64,000 nucleotides of DNA from a virus (Duplodnaviria; Caudoviricetes): the IMG/VR virus record IMGVR_UViG_3300033068_001847, positions 64,001 to 128,000 of that record; one strand, written 5' to 3'. Positions 1-10,551 of this stretch are shown piece after piece. Position numbers and translations under genes: made by a program. A model generated the notes under the pieces. It was not told the origin of the DNA, searched no databases, and saw only the letters and a program-made list of their open reading frames with translations. Position 1 is the first letter of the stretch. Every line of letters starts with the position of its first letter.

Positions 1-204
1 TTGAGTTGTTGAAGGAGCTACGTAGTCATATAATTTAATTTCAATATTAGACCAGACACCATTTTTATAAGTTGGTTTAGTTATACTACTCACCATCCAA
101 GATTCAATACCAGTAGATACATCAAACTGTACAATAAATCGACAAATCTTTTTTAATTCGCATTCAATAAATAAATGACCAGTAGATGTTCTAAAATTAT
201 TCAT
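1..204 (-). CDS. partial ORF, tail-tube-like paralog (runs off window edge)
   Basis: Hand translation MNNFRTSTGHLFIECELKKICRFIVQFDVSTGIESWMVSSITKPTYKNGVWSNIEIKLYDYVAPSTTQ resembles the 44889..45377 product (RFQIIFPSDIGLESWMVQTASKPK...WETMDFEIIQYIGPSSSQ). Confidence 0.7.
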   Translation of the reverse strand, partial: MNNFRTSTGHLFIECELKKICRFIVQFDVSTGIESWMVSSITKPTYKNGVWSNIEIKLYDYVAPSTTQ

Positions 205-205
205 A

Positions 206-451
206 TTATTCTATTCCTGCTAATCCACTAAGGACATGTATATTCCAATTTGAGTCTCTTCCAGATTTACTTAAAAAGTAAGCTACAGATTCTTCATTAT
301 TTGGTAATGATTCAGTTTTAATAAATTCATTATAACTTGGTAAAGTATAGTGTTTCATATTACTTACAATCTGTTGTAAATTAACTTCAGTTATTAATTC
401 TTTTCTATTTAATTGAGTGAACTGATTTTCTGTTAATAATATCTTCTTCAT
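206..451 (-). CDS. hypothetical protein with MKKILLTENQF N-terminal motif
   Basis: ORF track; N-terminal motif shared with other ORFs here. Confidence 0.7.
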   Translation of the reverse strand: MKKILLTENQFTQLNRKELITEVNLQQIVSNMKHYTLPSYNEFIKTESLPNNEESVAYFLSKSGRDSNWNIHVLSGLAGIE

Positions 452-1086
452 TATCCTTTTAATGCTTTTGTTAATTTAAGGAATGTAACCGCTTCTTCTA
501 TTCTAGCTTTGATTGTCTCTTTATCTTTCAAATTTTCATTTACTACTCCAACCATACTACCTAAAATATCATATACACAATTTTCAACTAAATCTACAAA
601 ATCTGAAGTATTTGTTGGTAATTGTCCGCTAGGTTGTGATGAAGGTAAAACTGCTTCAGTTAATTTAGTAGTAGTTCCTTTAATTCCTTGGGAACGTCTT
701 TTCATTTCTTCCCTAATATCAAATATAGGTGCAACCTGTTTAGTTGCAGATGGTGAGGATTGTTGTTTTTGTCTAAGTTCTTCCTTAATAACATTTGGTT
801 TTTTTCCACCTATTAATCCTAAAATTGCTTCTGGATCAACACTGTTATACCCTTTGGCATCAGCTACACTACCCACTTCAACCATTTGAAGTGTACCATT
901 AGATCCAGCTACTTGTTTAAAATTCAATTCAGTTGCTGAAGGTAGATTTGATTCGTTAATTACTTGTGCTGCAACACGAGGATCTACCGCTCCTGTAGTT
1001 TTAGCTCTCATCAGTTCAGTTTCCTTAGTAACTGTTCCTGCCATCATAGCTGCAAGCATTGCTTTCGCACTTTGTTTATTATCCAT
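451..1086 (-). CDS. hypothetical protein
   Basis: 211 aa ORF abutting neighbours on the same strand. Confidence 0.75.
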   Translation of the reverse strand: MDNKQSAKAMLAAMMAGTVTKETELMRAKTTGAVDPRVAAQVINESNLPSATELNFKQVAGSNGTLQMVEVGSVADAKGYNSVDPEAILGLIGGKKPNVIKEELRQKQQSSPSATKQVAPIFDIREEMKRRSQGIKGTTTKLTEAVLPSSQPSGQLPTNTSDFVDLVENCVYDILGSMVGVVNENLKDKETIKARIEEAVTFLKLTKALKG

Positions 1087-1122
1087 AATATAATATATAT
1101 TTATTTAATATTTATGTAAATA

Positions 1123-1797
1123 TTAAATTTTGTCCTTATCATTTTTACCAAAGTTTACTATATTTTTGAATTTATTTCCAAACTTTGTAAACCATGACGG
1201 TGTTGAAGATGTATCAGGTGTAGGAGTACTACTAGTCGTACTTGTAGACGGTGTAGGAGTCGCTGTACTTGGCTGTTTACTAAATGGTGAAGTAGTAGAG
1301 CTTTGTGGGGTAGCTGGTGATGTGGGTGTCCCTGTAGGTGCTACCTGTTGAGCTTGACTATTACTTCCAAATGTTGCTGCCTTAAAGATAATCTTCATAT
1401 CTTTATCATTAGGGTTATACTTAGGTCTAGGTGAAGTAAACCTATCATTACCTGTTTCATTCATGGTTTTAATACCATCAATTCGAAACATACGCCAACC
1501 GGGAGTATAAGTTAATGGATCTACTTTACCCCCATTAGAACCATTCTTTCCCGGTGGATAACTATAACTCACACCATGTACTTCCCAAGCTCGTAAAACT
1601 GCATTATCGTACTGATTGATTCCATAACAGAATGGTTCTATTCGTCTCCATCCTTTTACGTAATCAGGTTTATCAGCATCAAAAGGTGATTCATAGTAAA
1701 TAGTAACCAAACGCTTATCTTCGATAGCCTTGATTATTTTATTACGTTCAACAGTTTCAGTTAATAACTCTTGATATATGTTGGTTAGTTTCAACAT
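1123..1797 (-). CDS. standalone WYL-domain protein with Ser/Thr/Pro-rich tail
   Basis: AIEDKRLVTIYY...RRIEPFCYG...LRAW...GWRMFRIDGI matches the WYL pattern; no HTH domain. Confidence 0.8.
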   Translation of the reverse strand: MLKLTNIYQELLTETVERNKIIKAIEDKRLVTIYYESPFDADKPDYVKGWRRIEPFCYGINQYDNAVLRAWEVHGVSYSYPPGKNGSNGGKVDPLTYTPGWRMFRIDGIKTMNETGNDRFTSPRPKYNPNDKDMKIIFKAATFGSNSQAQQVAPTGTPTSPATPQSSTTSPFSKQPSTATPTPSTSTTSSTPTPDTSSTPSWFTKFGNKFKNIVNFGKNDKDKI

Positions 1798-1800
1798 TAA

Positions 1801-2007
1801 TTAAATAGCATTAATATCGTAAGGTTTTTGTTTTGTCCATTCATTACGAGCTAGTTGACTTTTCCTTTCGTTTTTATCTAAAGAACTACCATCAACATTT
1901 TTTGTTGTTTCGTTAATGTTGTAAGGTGTTGCAACAGTTCTTTTGTTACGAGCTAACTCAGCAAGTCTTTCAACTTCTGCAATTTGTGATAATTTAGATT
2001 TTGCCAT
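1801..2007 (-). CDS. small hypothetical protein with internal repeat (LARN...PY.IN twice)
   Basis: ORF track. Confidence 0.7.
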   Translation of the reverse strand: MAKSKLSQIAEVERLAELARNKRTVATPYNINETTKNVDGSSLDKNERKSQLARNEWTKQKPYDINAI

Positions 2008-2012
2008 TTTAT

Positions 2013-2783
2013 TTATTTTTTATTTTCTTCAATATTATTTTTGATTTTACTAGTTAGGATTGCATTAATCTTCTTAATTTCTTCCTTAGTTTTCATAATC
2101 AAATCCTTTTTTTCTTTTAACATCTCCCGAAGTGCAACTACCTTATATTTATTAAAATCTTCACTTTCGTTGATTAAATTAAATTGCTCTTCAGTAACTA
2201 TTAACTTTACTTTCATTTCTTCATTCATTGATAAGGGTGTTAGATTGCTGTTATAATCCTTATCATGTGTTTTTCTAAATCTATTTTCCATACCAATTTC
2301 CATTGTAGTACGTTTTTGATTATCCACCATATTTCTATCTGTTGATAACACTGAATTGATCCAAGTTATTGCTGGAGTCCAGTCATCTTGGTATTCATTT
2401 TCAATATCATGTTTGAACCGTTTTACTTGTTCATAATTCATTGTAGGGTTTTGTAAAATACCTTGGATTCTTCTATTACCTTCCCCACTCTTAGATTGTA
2501 AAAACTCAACAACATTATGTGGAACATGGTATTTTTTACCAGTTATTGCTGAATTAGTTTCAACCAATTCATCTTCTTCCAAGAAAGTTGTAAGTAATCT
2601 ATTCTTACCAACTTGTTGCCTTGTAGCATCTACATAACTATCAGTTGTTGCATTAGTTTTTATCTGTTCAGGTGTTTCAACATCATCATTATTACCTATG
2701 ATATTTAAATGACTATCAATTATTTCATTAACAGAAACGTTCTCATTCAATTTTTTAAGTAATTCAGCCTTAGTTATTCTCAT
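2013..2783 (-). CDS. hypothetical (likely late/virion) protein; start moved to MRITKAELL
   Basis: ATG at 2783 lies just downstream of the TATTTATA motif (2797-2804); the ORF-track extension overlaps a terminator. Confidence 0.7.
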   Translation of the reverse strand: MRITKAELLKKLNENVSVNEIIDSHLNIIGNNDDVETPEQIKTNATTDSYVDATRQQVGKNRLLTTFLEEDELVETNSAITGKKYHVPHNVVEFLQSKSGEGNRRIQGILQNPTMNYEQVKRFKHDIENEYQDDWTPAITWINSVLSTDRNMVDNQKRTTMEIGMENRFRKTHDKDYNSNLTPLSMNEEMKVKLIVTEEQFNLINESEDFNKYKVVALREMLKEKKDLIMKTKEEIKKINAILTSKIKNNIEENKK

Positions 2784-2814
2784 CAAAGTATTTTTATATA
2801 AATAGTATAAACAT

Positions 2815-2842
2815 AAAAAAAGCAACCTGTTACAGTTGCTTT
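2815..2842 (-). terminator. intrinsic terminator after DNA polymerase
   Basis: AAAGCAAC/GTTGCTTT stem with U-tract on the minus strand. Confidence 0.7.
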
Positions 2843-2864
2843 ATTCCTCAAATTCTAAAAGTTA

Positions 2865-5800
2865 TTATACACATATTACCTCATTGTAAATATCTTTTTC
2901 TATAACTTCTAAATCTTCGAAAGATCCGAATTCAAATTTTGATAATACCCACCTCATTTCATCTAAAGGCGTTACTATCTCTTCCATTGTTGTTTCATCT
3001 AGTTTAACTAATTTGTTCGTATACTTTATAACAAGATCACCACTTAATAAATAATTCAATTCATTTTTAACTTCAATATCATTTGATTTGAAGAATTCAA
3101 TTATTCTTCGCTCTTGTTCATTCTTAATACTATTTTCTTCGGGTGTTAATAACTTAACATCAGTAAAATCCAAATGGAAATCGTTAAATATCTCTCTAGG
3201 ATCTTTTCCTTTAAGATTCCAGAATTTTACTTCTCGCTCTTCCATCTCAAATAATGGAACATTTTCATGTAACTTTGGATCATAATCCTCAGCAAATAAC
3301 ACGTCCTGTTCACTTTCACCATCCTTATTCAACGGCATACCACTAACTAATTCCATTTCTTTATCAGTAAATCTACCTCTTTTAGTTGGATCAGTTACAA
3401 TCAAATTCTCTCTAACTTCAGGACCGAAACATACGGTAAACATACTCATTCTATTATTGAAGTTGGCTATTGCACGAGGAACATTATACACCCCTGTTTT
3501 AGTTGGGTTTGTTATAATTTCCATTTCATCAATTAAATAACTATGACCAAGATCAGCATGTGATTTACGTGTTCCGTTATTTATATAATACACATTCTTA
3601 CCTAAATCAGGATCTAAATTTGCTGCAATTAATAATTCCATATGGGCTTGTCTGGACATTCCCCTACCATTTTTGTTCTTTTTATGTTCTAAATCGTATT
3701 TGTAATTTGCTACCTTTTGTTTTACTCTACTTTTATTAGCAATCTCTACAAGTGGAATCTGTTGATTATATATCCTTTCTAATTGAGAATAGTAGAGTTC
3801 AATAAATCCTTTTCCATCTCCATCTAATAATAAAGCAATTCCTGTTTTAAAGGTATTTTCAATATAAGCTTGTAATATACTGGATTTTAAACTGTTTCCT
3901 GTTATCTTAATTTTACCTTTTGGTGATTTAGTTGCGTAATTTTTACGAGCAATATTAATGGATGAAGTAAAAATACCATCCTCTTCAAGTTTCATTACAC
4001 CCTTCATATAGGTTTCATTAAACTCAGCTAATACCGCCAAATATCCTGTAATTTCTTCACCAGCTTTATTTACGTATTTAATATCATCAACATTATCAGG
4101 TAAATTAAAGTTAGCTCCATCCGTATCAATAACGATAGGTGTAAAATTATATTTCATGAAATGAGCTATCATTAATCTCAGGTACTGACGACCAGTACAA
4201 GTAATTTCCTCACCTACAATATTATCACCCCAATTAAATATTAAAGGTGATGATAATGCACCGAACTGCGAGTTCGCTAGAATTTTAATAGGTAATTGTT
4301 TAGTATTATATAATGAAGCCAATTCCTTATCTAATGGATTTCCAGTTTCCTCATATAATGCTTGGTGCTTTGCAGATAGTACTTGATATTCAATACGTCC
4401 ATCCCTGAAGTAAGTTAACATATCTTCAAGAACGTTTGTTATATCTAAAGTTGGGAAAACATCATGAGTTAATTGTATTGACGGGTATAGGGACTTGAAG
4501 TCCATTTTTAAAACGTTTGTTTTATATCCTGTTAAAAACAATCTTGATAAACCTCCCACAATGTCTCTCTTTCTATCAACAACAGGTATGGCAACATTAT
4601 TCTCATAAGAATATGTAACCATTAACATTTTCCACTTACCAGCATTACCCATTGTACTGGATCTTACATATGTAGTAGGCATTATACCACCCATCATGAA
4701 ATTTGATTGACTAAATTCATTGTCAACCATTTCAGTTTCAGTTAAGTCATCCAGAAGATACTGTTTTACGACTTCCTTACCTGTTATTAACTCAACATTA
4801 TTTTCATCATCTCCAAAAAATTCACTTATACTTACTAATTTTGGTAGGAGTGTAGATTTATCAGGACTATTCGATACCTTTCTAACTATATCCTTTAATT
4901 TAGTAATATACTCATCAGCTTTATCTTGATATTCGGTTGGAATTATATTATAATTATTGTTTACTTTGTTTATATAATAATTTTTATTATCCTTCCAGAT
5001 GGTATAGATCATATCACCCTTTACATACATACGATTTGGTTTTGCAAACCCTTTGTACTGACAAATATATTTTAGACCCCAACCTTTGATATCACTATTA
5101 ATCGCCTTAGTAGCTCTAACAGCATGGGAAATATCAATAACATTAATTCCCCACATTACTGTTTTTAAATAATTCTCAACTTCTCCACCAAACTTAATGG
5201 TAGATTTTTCACGTTTTAGTGGGCGATCTATATTTAATGAAGTTCTTACATCATAACTGATATTACCATCCTCATCACGAGTACCTAAATCAATTCCTAA
5301 TATATTAGCTCGTTTAATGATAAATTCAAAGTCAAACGCTTCAGAATTATATCCTGCAACAATTGCTGGTTTTAGATCATATATTGTTTGGAAAAATTCA
5401 ATGATCATCTTTTTTTCACTTTCAATAGGATCGTCTAAATCAATTTCAAGAACTTTTGCAAATCCTCTATTATCTTTCATTCCTATAAGGAATATGTTAC
5501 CATCTTCACCTTTTAATGAAGTGGTCTCAATATCAAATAAAAACTTATGAACTGAATCGTAAGATGTGAAACCTTTGAATAATCGTTTCCCTGTAGAAAT
5601 TAAAAATTGTTCTAAACCTGAATAGCTTAGAAACATATTATTTGGATCTTTATGGATTTTATAACCAGCTTTGAAGAAAAACTGCATTAAACTACCGAAA
5701 TTCTTATCAGTACTTACTTTATATTTAAAACCATGTTCTAATCTTGGATGATCATCAGTTCTAAGGGTGGTTACGGTAATACCATGATATTTCATGGCTT

Positions 5801-6041
5801 TATTTAATTCAACTCTATTACCGTATAATTTTTTACCTGCTTTTTTGAAATCTTTAATAAATAAAAATGGAGTAAACTTTTGTTGCTCCATGTATTTACC
5901 CTTTTCAGGGTGATCTATCATTAAAAATACTTCATTACTAGCGTAATCCCCTTCAATACCTGTAATGTACTTTTGTTCGTCTCGTCCCTCTAAGAACGTT
6001 TTAATTTTTGCAATTTTTTGTGATTTTTCTTCCTCTGTCAT
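2865..6041 (-). CDS. family B DNA polymerase with 3'-5' exonuclease
   Basis: FDIET, GYNSEAFD, YLLDD exonuclease motifs; DFKSLYPS, KILANSQFG, IDTDG polymerase motifs. Confidence 0.95.
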   Translation of the reverse strand: MTEEEKSQKIAKIKTFLEGRDEQKYITGIEGDYASNEVFLMIDHPEKGKYMEQQKFTPFLFIKDFKKAGKKLYGNRVELNKAMKYHGITVTTLRTDDHPRLEHGFKYKVSTDKNFGSLMQFFFKAGYKIHKDPNNMFLSYSGLEQFLISTGKRLFKGFTSYDSVHKFLFDIETTSLKGEDGNIFLIGMKDNRGFAKVLEIDLDDPIESEKKMIIEFFQTIYDLKPAIVAGYNSEAFDFEFIIKRANILGIDLGTRDEDGNISYDVRTSLNIDRPLKREKSTIKFGGEVENYLKTVMWGINVIDISHAVRATKAINSDIKGWGLKYICQYKGFAKPNRMYVKGDMIYTIWKDNKNYYINKVNNNYNIIPTEYQDKADEYITKLKDIVRKVSNSPDKSTLLPKLVSISEFFGDDENNVELITGKEVVKQYLLDDLTETEMVDNEFSQSNFMMGGIMPTTYVRSSTMGNAGKWKMLMVTYSYENNVAIPVVDRKRDIVGGLSRLFLTGYKTNVLKMDFKSLYPSIQLTHDVFPTLDITNVLEDMLTYFRDGRIEYQVLSAKHQALYEETGNPLDKELASLYNTKQLPIKILANSQFGALSSPLIFNWGDNIVGEEITCTGRQYLRLMIAHFMKYNFTPIVIDTDGANFNLPDNVDDIKYVNKAGEEITGYLAVLAEFNETYMKGVMKLEEDGIFTSSINIARKNYATKSPKGKIKITGNSLKSSILQAYIENTFKTGIALLLDGDGKGFIELYYSQLERIYNQQIPLVEIANKSRVKQKVANYKYDLEHKKNKNGRGMSRQAHMELLIAANLDPDLGKNVYYINNGTRKSHADLGHSYLIDEMEIITNPTKTGVYNVPRAIANFNNRMSMFTVCFGPEVRENLIVTDPTKRGRFTDKEMELVSGMPLNKDGESEQDVLFAEDYDPKLHENVPLFEMEEREVKFWNLKGKDPREIFNDFHLDFTDVKLLTPEENSIKNEQERRIIEFFKSNDIEVKNELNYLLSGDLVIKYTNKLVKLDETTMEEIVTPLDEMRWVLSKFEFGSFEDLEVIEKDIYNEVICV

Positions 6042-6095
6042 TATTTAGAAATTTTAGTTATATACATATTTAAGACCCTGTACCGGGAGTGCTAA

Positions 6096-6127
6096 CTAAA
6101 ATACTACAGAAAGAAAAAAAATCAAGT
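6096..6127 (-). promoter_or_regulatory. putative middle promoter ACTTGA-N18-TATTTTAG
   Basis: Same motif and spacing upstream of four minus-strand transcription units. Confidence 0.7.
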
Positions 6128-6128
6128 T

Positions 6129-7961
6129 TTATTTCACTTCATAAGAGAATGTAAATGAATAAATGTATGCTATATCTGTACTAGTTGTGTATGTAAAAGA
6201 TGCAGTATCATTAACTGTATTAGCTATTAATGATACTGGATTAGCTGTACTTACAGGTCCAAAACAAACACCATTTAAATCTGTTGCAACTGTAAAGTTA
6301 GATGATATTGGTAAACTTATTTCCACTGTTGTAACTGTACTAGTTCCATTTGTTGCATCAATTTCCATTTTACCATATACAGTTACTATATTATCTACTC
6401 TTGTATATTGACATTTATATGCAGTAGTACTAGTAATATTAGCAACATTTGTTAATGTCGGTGTATAAGTACCTCCAGTCATGTTTCCACCTGAACCGCT
6501 AGAAACACTACCATCAGCCATTAAATATTGACTAGAAGTTCCACCTGACTTAACAAATGATAATGCAGTTAATGTACCTGAATCACTAAGTATTATTTTA
6601 CTTACTCCATTAGTTCTAGCATTTAAAAAATCTCCAGAAGCACCACCAGTATTCTCAACAAGTAGATTATATGTTGTACCAGTACCATTATTAATGAATC
6701 TAGCGTTTTGAGTTTTTTTATAATTATTTGATTGTATGTTTGTGGGGTTATTACTTCCACCATTATTCTTTATATCTATACCATATGTTCCACCATTATT
6801 ATTTATAACTAATGCTGTATTAGCTTTATTTGTTATTGTTGCAGTCCCATTATAGTCTATACTAAATATAGTACCGTTATTATTAAATGAATTTTCAATA
6901 AAAAGACTATTCGAAAAGTTTCTAAGTCTAAAATCAGTCCTACCAGTATCTCCATATGTTATACCTGATGTAGTAAAATCAATTGATGATGATGATCCAC
7001 TTGACAATCTATTAAGTTCAATTTTTGTTGTTGTGCCTGTACTTGAAAATCGCTTAACCCCAACAAAAGTTTGATCTATAGTTGTCATTATACCACCGAA
7101 AGAAGATGATGCTGGTTCTAAATTTAATATTCCTGATGATAATGTTAAACCTGAAGCATTCGGTGTATTACCAATAATTTCTGTACTAACTCCACCACCT
7201 GTACTAACAGATCCATCTGCCATTAAATATTCTGATGATGTACCTCCTGATTTAATGAAAGCTGGTGATGTAAATGTACCCGAAGTTTTTACATTTCCGT
7301 TTAATCCTATATTAAAATAAGCATTACCTCTAGTGATATGAAAACTATTACTAGCAACACTCATAAAAGCCGCTATACCGCTACTAGGCATACCAATAGT
7401 CCAATCATCACTATTGGGACTTAATGTACCGAACGTAAGTCCAGCAGTATATCCAGTGGTAAATCTATGTATAGCTACTATAGTATTGCCACTAGGATTT
7501 TGAAAATAACTATTAGAACTGCTAAAAGTTTTAGATCCACCGATTGATTGATTTAGTGTTGTTAATATACCTCCGTTAGTTAATGAAGCTGGTTGTAATA
7601 TTAATGTACCTCCAGATATAGTTACACCTGATGAATTAGGAACGTTTCCTATAACACCTGCTGTTATTGATCCACTATCAGTAGATACACTTCCATCAGC
7701 CATAAGATACTGACTAGATGTACCTCCTGATTTAACAAATGAATTTGCTTGTATTGTAGTACCAGTTAATCCATTAGTTAATGTTCCACCTGTTAACGGT
7801 AACAATAATGTTAAACCAGAAGCTATCACATCAACATTTTCTTTTGTTAAATTAGCTAGTTCTGTAAATGTATTTCCAACATTATAAGGACTAATAGATT
7901 TATTTTTAGTCTTACTTGTAATGTTTACGGTTACACCCGTTAAAAAGGAGTTTATATTCAT
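6129..7961 (-). CDS. tail fibre / receptor-binding protein
   Basis: G/S/T/N-rich; three FxKSGGTSSxYLMADGSVS repeats; C-terminal domain shared with 15862 and 17856 ORFs. Confidence 0.75.
   Translation of the reverse strand: MNINSFLTGVTVNITSKTKNKSISPYNVGNTFTELANLTKENVDVIASGLTLLLPLTGGTLTNGLTGTTIQANSFVKSGGTSSQYLMADGSVSTDSGSITAGVIGNVPNSSGVTISGGTLILQPASLTNGGILTTLNQSIGGSKTFSSSNSYFQNPSGNTIVAIHRFTTGYTAGLTFGTLSPNSDDWTIGMPSSGIAAFMSVASNSFHITRGNAYFNIGLNGNVKTSGTFTSPAFIKSGGTSSEYLMADGSVSTGGGVSTEIIGNTPNASGLTLSSGILNLEPASSSFGGIMTTIDQTFVGVKRFSSTGTTTKIELNRLSSGSSSSIDFTTSGITYGDTGRTDFRLRNFSNSLFIENSFNNNGTIFSIDYNGTATITNKANTALVINNNGGTYGIDIKNNGGSNNPTNIQSNNYKKTQNARFINNGTGTTYNLLVENTGGASGDFLNARTNGVSKIILSDSGTLTALSFVKSGGTSSQYLMADGSVSSGSGGNMTGGTYTPTLTNVANITSTTAYKCQYTRVDNIVTVYGKMEIDATNGTSTVTTVEISLPISSNFTVATDLNGVCFGPVSTANPVSLIANTVNDTASFTYTTSTDIAYIYSFTFSYEVK
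6847..7202. repeat. 356-bp direct repeat, copy 1 (copy 2 at 17246..17601)
   Basis: Identical by eye across two tail fibre genes, offset 10399. Confidence 0.9.
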
Positions 7962-7970
7962 TTCGTATTA

Positions 7971-8435
7971 TTAATTAAATTCTTCGGTAAATGTATTATT
8001 GAAAATATCATTTCCACTTCTATTACTTCTATTATATTCATTAAATAACGAGCTTACAATATTAATATATAGATCATCGTTTATTGGAGCTATAAAAGTT
8101 CCAGTTATATTACTTTCTTCAGTGTCATAAAATTCAATTTTAAACTCACCTTTATATCTACCTATCTTATTAGTATCTTTTTCAGAGAATTTATAGTAGA
8201 TATAATATTCTTCTTCTTTCACTAAACAATCCACGCAAGGTTCTTTTAATATTATACCTGCCCTTTGTTTAGTAATTCGGTAACTATTATTTTCAACATC
8301 AAACATGGAAAATGTAATAGTACTATTTTCTAATGCGTTGTAGAATTCTTCATATAAAAAATAATTATCTTTATTTAATCGCATTACTAAAATAGGTAAT
8401 GTAGCTCCTTGTTTAATATTAAACTCTTGTATCAT
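7971..8435 (-). CDS. virion/baseplate-associated protein (BppU-N-like)
   Basis: FNIKQGATLP start and GRYKGEFKI motif; structural context. Confidence 0.5.
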   Translation of the reverse strand: MIQEFNIKQGATLPILVMRLNKDNYFLYEEFYNALENSTITFSMFDVENNSYRITKQRAGIILKEPCVDCLVKEEEYYIYYKFSEKDTNKIGRYKGEFKIEFYDTEESNITGTFIAPINDDLYINIVSSLFNEYNRSNRSGNDIFNNTFTEEFN

Positions 8436-8436
8436 T

Positions 8437-9786
8437 CTATTTAGTTAAATTTGAATTAATAATTATTTCTGATCCACCAAAATTCTCTGGTCTCCTATAA
8501 ATATCTTTGAATGTATAATAATTTCTAATAATTTCAGGAATAGTTAGGGGTCGGCTGTACATGGATGCTACTGAAATTCCACCTATAAATGATCCAGAAA
8601 ATTCACGTTCCATAAAAAGTCCAGTATCTTCACTATCAACCCCATCAAAGGTTATACTTTCAAGTAATCCTTGAGTACCACCACCGATTGAAATATTAAA
8701 GGGTACACCTTGTTGTTTACTACGATGTAATTCTAATTCTCTGAATATTGGTTCTTCAATCATTGTTTTATATACTGGTCTACCATTAACTAAGAAAGTT
8801 AATTTACCCTTTTGAGTATCTGGTATATCTTCGAATGATGTACATTCCTCTATATAATCAGCACAAAAACTTGTTAATCGTTGATTACGCTTGAATATGA
8901 TAGTTACGTTAATCCAACTATTTTCAGTATCTCCCGTAAAAATTAACGGTGTTTCTTCTTCCTTTATAGATGTAAGTGTATTACCTGAAATATCCTTGCG
9001 AACTATTACTGATTTATATCCTAGCTTATTATCTTTATAAAAGAATCCAATCCCATTTACATCATTAACAGTTGTTCCAGTATCATAGGTTAAACCTGTA
9101 CTAATTAAACTTGTATCACCCGTAACTGGTGATATTAATGTATTTTCTGAAGTAGTTTTTCCAGTTTCATTATCAATAATATTATGAAATTTATTCTCGG
9201 ATCTTGATCCCATGAAGAAAAAGAAACCCTTATTTTCTGGATAAATGCTATTCAATGAATTTGTATTTGTAGATACTTCTTGAGGGTTTAGCCAGAAATT
9301 TAAGGTAAATCCTTCCTCAGTTCTATTAGGTAACATTAAATAAGGGTAATCATACAATTTGTAAAATCCTTGATAAAATCCTCCGTCTAAACTTAAATAA
9401 CTCTTATGAATGTAAGTGTCATTTTCAAAGCTAAGATTATAATTATATGTTGATCCTGTAACTGGTTTAAGTAATAAAGTAGATCCAGTGGTGAATGTTA
9501 CAGTATCACCAGTTATGTTTTGCATATAACCAGTATCTACACCACATAAACCTAGATCTGAAATAGTAAATCCTGAACTTGTTCTACCTGTATAATTATA
9601 CAAACTGGTGATATTATTTACATCAGAGTACTCTGCAAAATCATAATAGAAAGTAAGATCATCAGTTATTAAATAACTTTCTGCTAAACTTCCTTTCTCA
9701 AAATCTAAATCCTTATCATCAGTTAAAACTAAATCAAAAGAATATATATTAACAAAATCAAATTGTAAATTTTTTGAATTATCCAT
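8437..9786 (-). CDS. virion protein with LamG/concanavalin-like C-terminal domain
   Basis: FTLNFWL...WINVTI...FLVNG...FIGGIS...YSRPLTIPEI. Confidence 0.6.
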   Translation of the reverse strand: MDNSKNLQFDFVNIYSFDLVLTDDKDLDFEKGSLAESYLITDDLTFYYDFAEYSDVNNITSLYNYTGRTSSGFTISDLGLCGVDTGYMQNITGDTVTFTTGSTLLLKPVTGSTYNYNLSFENDTYIHKSYLSLDGGFYQGFYKLYDYPYLMLPNRTEEGFTLNFWLNPQEVSTNTNSLNSIYPENKGFFFFMGSRSENKFHNIIDNETGKTTSENTLISPVTGDTSLISTGLTYDTGTTVNDVNGIGFFYKDNKLGYKSVIVRKDISGNTLTSIKEEETPLIFTGDTENSWINVTIIFKRNQRLTSFCADYIEECTSFEDIPDTQKGKLTFLVNGRPVYKTMIEEPIFRELELHRSKQQGVPFNISIGGGTQGLLESITFDGVDSEDTGLFMEREFSGSFIGGISVASMYSRPLTIPEIIRNYYTFKDIYRRPENFGGSEIIINSNLTK

Positions 9787-10479
9787 TTATAGTATTACAC
9801 CTAGTTTCTTTAAAGTTTCTGTACCAACAATACCATCTGCTGTTAAACCATTTTTAGATTGAAAGTCCGTAACCGCATCATGAGTACCCTTACCAAACCA
9901 GCCATCATTAATTAAATTATAACCATGCTTATTTAATGCATTTTGGATCTTAATTATATTACCATCCTTCATGTAAGGATTTCTTAATTTATATAAAGTT
10001 TCTTTCTTTAAAACATCACCATGTAATATTGTGAATGTATAAATTTTATTATCTTTAAATAATCCTCTAAAATCTTCTTGCATACTACCTTGAATCCAAT
10101 TCATTACTGGAGTACCATCAATATATTTTTTACCTTCAAGCTTTGTATTTTTATATTGATTTTTCGCAACTAGAATACATCCTTCGGTATCAAGATTGGT
10201 CATCCCACCATGTACTCTAACACCCTCCCATTTATCACCATTTTCAGCTATAATGGTTAATGTTTTATCATCATTATATAATAAAGGCATATCTTTCTTA
10301 TATTTTGGGGAGTAAGTCATTTTTATTTTATATTCACCATATGGTATACAAGTTTGTGCCTTGATTTTAGCATCTCTTACCGCATCTTCGATAGTTTTAC
10401 AATATTCTTTACCATCAAGAGTTATATAACCTAAAGTATCATAATCAGTTCCGAATGTTCTATATAATTTAAAATCCAT
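9787..10479 (-). CDS. DUF5675-like protein with peptidoglycan-binding domain (candidate endolysin)
   Basis: TCIPYGEY...SPKY...VRVHGG...DTEGCILV plus PG_binding_1-type DGWFGKGT..AV..FQ...GLTADGIVG.ET. Confidence 0.75.
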   Translation of the reverse strand: MDFKLYRTFGTDYDTLGYITLDGKEYCKTIEDAVRDAKIKAQTCIPYGEYKIKMTYSPKYKKDMPLLYNDDKTLTIIAENGDKWEGVRVHGGMTNLDTEGCILVAKNQYKNTKLEGKKYIDGTPVMNWIQGSMQEDFRGLFKDNKIYTFTILHGDVLKKETLYKLRNPYMKDGNIIKIQNALNKHGYNLINDGWFGKGTHDAVTDFQSKNGLTADGIVGTETLKKLGVIL

Positions 10480-10519
10480 GAGTCTTTTTCTATAAATAGT
10501 TTACAGGAGATTTATAAAC

Positions 10520-10551
10520 AAAAAAAAAGTATCACCAAATGATGATACTTT
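10520..10551 (-). terminator. intrinsic terminator
   Basis: AAAGTATCA/TGATACTTT stem with long U-tract on the minus strand. Confidence 0.65.
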
